DNA of 47,432 nucleotides, counting the filler, from Dirinaria sp. TL-2023a (taxonomy: Eukaryota): NCBI GenBank assembly GCA_051941275.1. It is 2 parts of 2 records of this genome, joined end to end, with 100 filler letters (N's around TTAATTAATTAA, not from the genome) between each part and the next. Parts side by side here need not be neighbours in the genome. Positions count along the whole stretch, not along the records: positions 23,770 to 47,432 come from JAVEBF010000200.1; 1 more part is not named here. The stretch is one strand, 5' to 3'. The translations under genes and the position numbers were made by a program. This document shows, in pieces, positions 39,514 to 47,432 of the stretch; within the stretch, counting starts at the first letter, position 1, and each line of letters opens with the position of its first letter. Under the pieces are notes generated by a model that worked only from the letters and a program-made list of their open reading frames with translations, had not been told where the DNA came from and searched no databases.

Positions 39514-40030
39514 GATGATGGATTAATTCAGTTACAAGGCTTTGCTGGGCAATTTCGAGGAAATTTTGAATCGTTGAGCTGGCTGTGTAAGGTATGCGCG
39601 AATTGGTATTCCTGGCTCGGCTGAGCATTGGTGGGGAGAGAAAATTACCCCCACCATCTGCACAGAATTGATGACGTCGAGCCTCTCGGCCCCGGATAAA
39701 CCCTAGCTTACCTCACCGTAAGAGAACCAAGCCTAAGGTACCTTACCTTGCTTCACCTACCTTGCATGTAGACCTCAAAACCATTAATAACATTTCCCTC
39801 ATCAGTTCTGAAAGCGTCATGATAGATGTTTCATGACGAGCTCTGATGAGAACACATCAATGACTAGCGTCTTTGCATTAATTTTCTATCTCATCACTAA
39901 GTCATACTCTTGCTTGTTTTACCTATCGTTATTCTAACTGAGACATGAATGGACCACATTTAATGAATATGCTTCGGTATAGTAATTGGATACCTGTCTG
40001 TACAGACCAAATGCTATGCTACGCCGTTAA

Positions 40031-42070
40031 TTATTCCATCTCGATGGTACCAGGAGGTTTGCTAGTGACTTTGTTATTTAGCATAAGGGTATGAAGACAT
40101 ATGCTAGAAAGCACTCACCGTCATAGACTACTCTGCAAACACCTTCCACCTCGTTCACGATGCGAGAGCTGACCCGTTTGAGGAAATTTCCGTCAAAAGG
40201 AAACCAATCTGCCAATTACCTTAGCGAAGAGAAGAGCACGCTCCAGCTAGACCCACCTGCTGTCATGAAATCTGTCGTCTCGACGGCGCGCAGAGCGATG
40301 ACCTGTTCATGCACTCTCTTGTCTCCCATTACACCCACGGCTTTGACGGGTAAAAGAGCTGCAAAAGCTTGACTAATCTGGCGGTAGAGCCCTGCATCTG
40401 TAATCTCTTGGATAAAGATATGGTCTGCTTGACGAGCGATGTGTAATTGCGCTGGTGTGACCTCGCCTAGAATACGTATTGCTAGGCCAGGGCCGGGAAA
40501 AGGGTGCCTTAACGGGCGGTCAGCTCCTTGAAAAAATCTCTCGAAAGGTGGATTCGCACCTCCAAACAAGACTCTCTGATATCCCGAGATTGGTTCCTGA
40601 ACCATCGTCATGTCTATTTCCTTCTTTTTGGGAAATAAATCAAGCTCACCTAAAATCCTGACTTCATCCTTGAATAGCCTAAGGAATCTCAACATCTCTG
40701 TAATAATATCACGGAAGAAGGGCACGTCTTACTCTCTTAAAGGCTCGATCAATTTCAGGTTCATCCGGCCTGCACTTACATCAGTGCAATTTTCATAACA
40801 CAAAGACGATGATTCGCCATACTAGGCAGCCCTCCAACGTTATCTGTAACAAAGCGTCAACATCTCTCCTATGAACGGATATCCTGCTAGATAAGACTTA
40901 CGATGCGTCTTAATTGTAGCAGAGGGACCTTTGAAGGAAATGGACTCAATCACATCGGGGTACAGTGTGCCCTGTAAAAGCCAGTCTATACTCCCAGCTT
41001 TACCTGAACTAGCGGCTTCTGCTACTAATTGCAAGGCAGTCTCTTGAAATATCTGAATGAATTCGCCGCCAATTATCTTGCGCTTCGTTTCCGGGTCCGA
41101 AACACCTTTCAGCTTTGCAAGGAAACGATCCCTCGCATCAACCACGGTCAGGTTGATGCCAAGCCCCTTTACCAATGTATCACGAACGGCTTCTGCTTCA
41201 TTGAGTCTGAGCAAACCATTATCGACCAAGACCGCATGGAATCTGTCACCAATTGCTTCGTTCATCAGCTTTGCAGCAACTGTTGAATCTACTCCACCAC
41301 TGACAGCCCCAATAACTTGTCCTTTCTCACCAACTAAACGCCGTATTCTGGTGATCTCTTTATCGACAAATTCTTCCATTGTCCAATTCTGACAGGCTCC
41401 ACATATGCGCACTGCGAAATTTTCGAGTACCTTTGTACCTCGTTGGGTGTGGGTCACCTCAGGATGGAACTGGATACCGAATATCGGCTTCTCATCGTGG
41501 GCGATCCCTGCGAAAGGAGCGTTGCTGCTAGTTGCAATAGTTGTGAACGAAGGGGGAAGCTCATTCAATTTGTCCCCATGAGACATCCAAACTTGCATAT
41601 TATCGAAACCTTCGAACAATTTGCTGACATGCTTGGCCTTGCCTGCTATTTCCTGAAGGTGAATGACTGAATGGCCATATTCACGCTTCTCGCCCGCCAC
41701 AACGCTTTGCCCATGGTGCCACGCAATCTCTTGCAAACCGTAACAGATACCAAGGATCGGGATATCGAGATCAAAAATGGCTGGATCTACATGGGGTGCA
41801 TCCGCTTGATAGACAGAGTATGGCCCTCCTGAAAGAATTATCCCCCGCGGATTCCAGCCAAGATCGGCGAGGCGTTGGGTACATGGTAGCATTTCAGAAT
41901 AGACATTGAGATCACGTAGCTTGCGCGTGATCAGATGCGACTATCACTCGTTATCATGGAAATAAAAGAGAAAAACGATGAGTTATTACGTATTGAGAGC
42001 CAAAGTCAAGGATAAGCAGAGTGTCGAAGAGCTTGTGAGGCTCCTCAGGGGTGTCCATATTCCGAGCCAT
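40031..42070 (-). CDS. GUA1: GMP synthase (glutamine-hydrolysing), multi-exon
   Basis: [92 protein letters not shown], ending [15 protein letters not shown]. The start could be 42070 or 42058. Confidence 0.97.
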
Positions 42071-42613
42071 GAGGGTTAAGCCTAAACTTTTATTAGACAC
42101 AATGTTATGCATTCCATGGAGACCAGTAGATTCTAGGATACCTTCACGAATTTCTTGATGTGAAAGTAACTTCACTAGGTTAAGGTACCTTATGTACGAA
42201 CAACTTCCCCCATTGAGCCTAAGAGTGCTATGTATTTCAAAAGATCGAGGCGGAATTTGAATTGGTAGTGCTAGGTGTGAAATTTAGAATACCCTCATGA
42301 TATCCAGAAGTCGTAACGTCTTTTTCGTCTATTCGTTGAGAAAGGGTTGGTAATGTTCCAATCACTTGGTTGCATTGCACCGACCCTCTCGAAGTTTTTC
42401 AGTGGTTTGTTTCTCAAACACACATCCTAGAAGGGTCCGAGTGTCCACTGGAGCGTCTACAGATAGGCGCCTTCGGGTGCGTCTCGGGCGGCACTACGTA
42501 CCTTACTTTGGGGCTTCATTGAAGCCAGCAGCCCGCCAAGACCTACCTTAGCTTTAATCTATCAAACTCAAGACAAAAATCAAGTGTGACATCTTATAGT
42601 AAAGACAGCGGCA

Positions 42614-43622
42614 ATGGCAAAGCGGAAAACTCTAGATCAAGCTCAGGAGGAGGAGGAAACCGTATCCAATGAAAGCAGTACAGCCGAGAGTAGCAGTGAC
42701 GACGATGTATTCCCTTCATGCGAGGTGGCTACGAGACAGTCCTCAGCTAACGCTAGCGCAGGATACCGATATCCTTGACGTTGAATTCGAATGGTTTGAC
42801 CCGCAGCCGCAGCACGACTTTCAGGGTCTGAAAGTTCTACTACGGCAGCTCTTCGATGTTGATGCCAATGCTTTCAACCTAAGTGAATTGGCAGATCTCA
42901 TTTTGGCCCAGCCATTGTTGGGTTCGACAGTCAAAGTGGATGGTAACGAGAGCGATCCATACGCATTTTTGACTGTACTGAATCTACATGAGCATCGAGT
43001 AAGTACCGATGGGAGCACAGGTTGTGCTTCCTAGCTGAAGCTGAAAGAATAACAGAGCAAATCAGCCGTTCAAGATATCGTCAACTACATCGTCGCACAA
43101 TCCAAAACTAATGATGGTCTATCGTTATTGGAACATCTACTCGGTGCGAGCAGTCAGACTCGTGTAGGTCTTATCTTGACTGAGCGACTTATTAATATAC
43201 CGCCCCAGGTGATACCACCTATGTACAAGATGCTGCTAGAAGAGATCTCATGGGCTATTGATGAAAAGGAACCATACGAATTCTCGCATTATCTTATTCT
43301 GTCGAAGACTTACACAGAAATCAGTTCAAGCGCAGATCAAGAAAATCGCACCTCCAAGAAGAAGAAAAAGAAGCAAAAGACGACTTCAGCAGCAACTGGA
43401 AACTCCTCGATCTTCTATTTTCATCCCGAGGATGAGATTCTGCAGCAGCACGCATCCATTACTGGTGGCTTTCATTATATCAAAGAAGGCGAGGATCAGT
43501 CCGATTCGAAGAGAGCGTTTCAGGAGGCCGGGATCAAGCCGTTAGGCCATTTAATGCTCATTGAAGCATCACGTTTTGAAGCTGCTGTTAAGGCAGTGGA
43601 AGATTACGTTCAAGCCACATAA
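42614..43622 (+). CDS. BCP1: Bcp1/BCCIP family protein (3 exons)
   Basis: MAKRK start, acidic tract, DILDVEFEWFDP, DFQGLKVLLRQLFD, LGSTVKVDG.ESDPYAFLTVLNL, VGLILTERLINIP.QVIPPMYKML.EEI, YFHPEDE. Confidence 0.94.
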
Positions 43623-43690
43623 TATCTGGATCAGGTTCTATTCTGTCTAGACAAGAACTATGTAAACATTCCTGCTTGTGCTTGCTTGCC

Positions 43691-44597
43691 TTAGGGCGCC
43701 CACTGAGTACCTGCTAGGCGCTGCATCAGGTATTCAACTTCCACCACTTTGGTTAAAGGAATAACGATATCCTAACACTGTCAGAGACTAGCACATGAGC
43801 GAGCTTAGGAGGTCCATACTTTGTATATTGCGACGACCGCGTCTACATTGATCTTACCCAGACTGTCAGCGCCAACGCTAGGATCGGTGCCGTAGGTCTT
43901 CGCTTTTAGCCTCAGCCTCTCCAATACCTTCTTCTCCACGGCTGCGTTGGTAATAGCTGCATCAATACCGGCCCTGTCTTCTGCAAGTATCAATGCCGCG
44001 AAGCGCTCAGGTTCCTGCTGGAACTTGGATTCTGCGACGAATTTACCAAAATGTATTCTCCTCGACAAGGCCTGAAGACATAGCACGTCACACGTTGCAG
44101 CTGATCCATAATTTTCCTGATTTTCCCCACGGTCCCCCCTGCCAAACTGCTTGCACACACGAGGTAACACCACTTCGATATATCTATCTTTGATTTCCTT
44201 ATTCACATCGACTCCATTGGGATGCAGTATCTTCGGGTAGTTGAGGGGCTTAAGTATCGGTGTTTGAAGCACATCTGGAAAGAATGCATATTCATCCGGG
44301 GATTCGTAGCGACGAACGAGGGATTGAAGGCGTTCTTGTTCTCTCAACATCCAGTCAAACAAGCTTAGAGAGCTATCAGGGATCTTGACGCCGCCAGGCG
44401 TGTAAATGGTAGGGTTAAGTGGAAACTGCACCCGTTCGATTAAGTGGAATGTGATCGTATCTTCGAGACGACTGGATATGAAAGGGTTCAGTGCCTGGCA
44501 GTAGTACAAGTGTAGAACTCTCTCACACTAATTGGAAGCGGATGTTGTCCAAGTCCAGCGCCTTGGACGCATCTGACAGGTCAATTGCACTGTCCAT
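43691..44597 (-). CDS. ARO7: Chorismate mutase (eukaryotic AroQ; 3 exons)
   Basis: [72 protein letters not shown], |[19 protein letters not shown]. Confidence 0.97.
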
Positions 44598-45202
44598 GTC
44601 TACAAGTGAAATTTATGAGGAAAGAACAACTTCCAACTTGGTTGGGGGAGCGAAGGTAGTCAACTAGAAAGAGCCCCTTGTGATAGTGAGTGATACTCAT
44701 ACGAGAATGAAGTTCGTGGGTTTGCTCAGAGGGAACGAGAAAGTAGAGGGGATATCTACTAATCCCAGGATGCGTCGCCTTTAAGGATGCTTTCTAGGTT
44801 TTACAGCGAATCTAAATTTGGTAGGGTTCCAATCTGACTGTATTATAGGCTCTACATGATGAATGTGTAAGAGGGTTGTGCAACTGTACCTTAAGGTAAG
44901 GTAAAGTACCTAGGTACTCGTACCGAACAGCCCCGATCGACGAGTTGGAGGACAAGCCCGAGGGCCCTTGACTTCACCGACTTCGAAGCTTTGAGCGATT
45001 GGCGGGTGATCAGCGACAGGGATTCGGGAAACGTGCAGTCTCTCAAGTCCATCACGCGGCCAGCACAAACAAACAGTGTGTGAGATACAGCATTGAAAAC
45101 CACACGAAGCTCCCTTTGTACGAACAAGGATCCCTGCGAATGGCAGTCTCATGCATCTCGTAGTTCTCCCCCCTTCAATCAAGACCTTCTCTCCAAACCT
45201 AA

Positions 45203-47323
45203 ATGGCGAGCGGCCGCCGAAATGGCTCCCCGCAAAGGCGCCAACACTCCAGAGCTTCTTCGGAAGATGACTCGACGCTGGGAAGCGCCTTAGCTGTTTG
45301 TTTTCAGAGCTTGTGAAGCTTCAATTTCTTACTGATATCTTTCAGACAAAGCATATTGAGGCATTTGGCCGTAAAGTGACCACGACAGCAAGCCAACTTA
45401 TGGGCCCGTTGAGCGACCCTCGCAGTAGCACGCACTATCACCATGCAATGGGCGAGATCCACAAAGAGTTACGGCGGCCTGGGATCCAGCAAAGAGTCTT
45501 TACCTATGCCCAAGCGTCTCCTACAGAACTTGTACGATCTAAGCTCTCTACAACCGAAATCCAACATCGAGCCCTAACCTACCTTCCTGAAGAAATCCTC
45601 CGTAACATCCCAGAGACAGACCACACATACTCTTTATTCCAAGGCTTTCAAGCGACGCTTCCTGAGTCTGGAGAGAGTGAACACCGCAAGAAACATAGAA
45701 GGCATAATGCCAAAGTTCAAAAGCTGATTGGAGACAAGGGAGATGATGACGACGGAGGAGACTCAACACCATTGGCGAAGCTCAAAGTAGAAAGAAAGGC
45801 GCTGAACCGTCGCTTGGAGATGATGGGGGTCAGAAAGAACATGTGCTCTTCTGAGATTCGAGAAATCGATAACAAGATCTCAAATCTAAATGCTATGCGC
45901 AAGATCGTTCTTGAGCGACTGGGAAACCTAGAACAGGATGAGCTACAAATTGAGCATGAGATGCTCGAACTGGACAACAAGATCGACGACCTAATCGATG
46001 AGCTCGACAGTGCTGCTACACCGGGCCAAATTGTGACCCCACCAACAGAGGTAGATGCGACGGCCGAAACAACGGATGTTGAAACGCAGGATATGAACGA
46101 TTCGTTCATGTCCGCATCTATATACGAGAAGCTACCATCGCCCAAGACGAAAAGGCATAAGTTAGCTAGACGAAAGTCTACACCAATACGGCACGAGCAC
46201 TTCGAGCCTGGGACAAGCATTCGAGAATTACAAGCGCACAACGATATGGTTACTGCTTTGGACTTTGATGCTCCTTTTGGCACCATGGTTACTTCAGCTC
46301 TTGATGATACCGTACGCGTCTGGGACCTGAACCTTGGACGATGCATTGGCTTACTCGAAGGCCACCATGCGTCCGTGCGATGTTTACAGGTGGAGGACGA
46401 TATCGTAGCCACCGGTTCGATGGATGCCTCAATTCGACTGTGGGATCTTAGTAAAGCAGATTACTCTCCACACGGGAACCGAATCGACGAAGACAACGAG
46501 GAGGACAACGAGCTCAGCATAGAGAACCCAGAAACTCAACTCCCTGCACCACATCCGTCAAGCATGCAGGACTGCCCGCTTTTCTCGCTTGAAGCTCATG
46601 TTGCTGAAGTCACAGCGCTCCACTTCAAAGGGGATACGCTTGTCTCGGGCTCAGCAGATAAGACAATCCGCCAGTGGGATCTTGTTAAAGGCCGTTGTGT
46701 ACAGACATTGGACGTCCTATGGGCAGCTGCGCAGGCCTCATCGTCAATTGGTTCAAGTGACCACCAGTGGCGGACCACTGGTAGATCCCCGAGCGTATCA
46801 GCGGACTTTGTGGGCGCTTTGCAGTGCTTTGATGCTGCGCTTGCGTGCGGGACCGCGGATGGCATGGTGCGATTGTGGGATCTCAGAAGTGGCCAGGTGC
46901 ATCGAAGTCTTGTAGGTCATACAGGACCTATCACCTGCTTGCAATTCGATGACGCACACCTGGTCACTGGTAGTTTGGATCGGAGTATTCGAGTAATATT
47001 TCCCTTCTGCGACCCTCTGTGATGAAAAAACAATTGTTGATTGGACTTAGATATGGGACCTTCGAACCGGGTCCATCTACGACGCTTACGCCTACGACAA
47101 TCCAGTCACGAGCATGACATTCGATGCGCGACGTATTGTCGCTGCAGCAGGAGAGAATGTGGCGAAAGTATACGACAAGTCCGACGGAAGGCATTGGGGT
47201 TGCGGTTCTGGCGTCTCTGGAGAGAGGGAAGCTAGCCCAGCGACAATCGAACGAGTGCGGATCAAAGATAGCTACCTTATCGAGGGCCGGAAGGACGGTG
47301 TGGTTGGTATCTGGACGTGCTGA
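45203..47323 (+). CDS. MDV1: Mitochondrial fission adaptor Mdv1/Caf4 (N-terminal extension, coiled coil, WD40; 3 exons)
   Basis: Exon 1 [10 protein letters not shown]...SALA|gtttgt joins [12 protein letters not shown], then YSLFQGFQA, a coiled coil ([16 protein letters not shown]) and WD40 repeats ([12 protein letters not shown]...[27 protein letters not shown]), ending [13 protein letters not shown]. Confidence 0.94.
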
Positions 47324-47432
47324 TCCAATTCTTTGCAGCAGCATATGTACATGTTCTTCCAGCTGCTGCACAATTTATCCTATCCTCAAACCCCCTTTCC
47401 GCTTTCTGGCTCGCTTTCACTACACGTCAATC

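Noticed and set aside
39798..39854. Hammerhead-ribozyme-like words (GAAA...hairpin...CTGATGA) within an inverted repeat ctcatcag...cgtcatga/tcatgacg...ctgatgag
   Set aside because: There is no room for stem I between the putative cleavage triplet and CUGAUGA, and stem II is out of register. It is best read as a plain hairpin near the GUA1 3' end.
45717..46412. 231-aa antisense ORF inside MDV1
   Set aside because: It is a Ser-rich shadow of the acidic coiled-coil coding strand, with no recognisable motif.

Overview
Gene-dense, intron-rich nuclear DNA from a filamentous ascomycete (Pezizomycotina): short GT-AG introns with CTRAC-type branch points, and fungal orthologues throughout. The window is two contigs joined by an artificial 100-nt spacer (N44-TTAATTAATTAA-N44, 23670-23769), so adjacency across that point is not evidence. 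The left contig opens with an accessory zone of decayed genes: a frameshifted, apparently secreted VOC/glyoxalase gene and a multiply disrupted bifunctional class II/class I diterpene synthase. These are followed by NOT2, an RKM5-like methyltransferase, a conserved uncharacterised membrane protein, PGI1, YPK1, ADA2, a DUF2415-type WD40-like protein and an AT-rich foldback/MITE-like relic. The right contig carries a partial MRPS12, KRE2/MNT1, PAT1, LEA1, ADE1, VPS15, a 4-exon hydrophilin missed by the ORF track, GUA1, BCP1, ARO7 and MDV1. I found no clearly novel multi-gene system. The best unexplained signals are non-coding: a TACCTTA/TAAGGTA motif recurring, often as perfect palindromes, upstream of many genes; a long G-U-containing hairpin in NOT2 intron 1; an RNA polymerase III A-box/B-box element with no tRNA cloverleaf; and a stop-free in-frame intron splitting the activation-loop Thr codon of YPK1. 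All exon models were read by hand and gene names come from recognising motifs, not from database searches.
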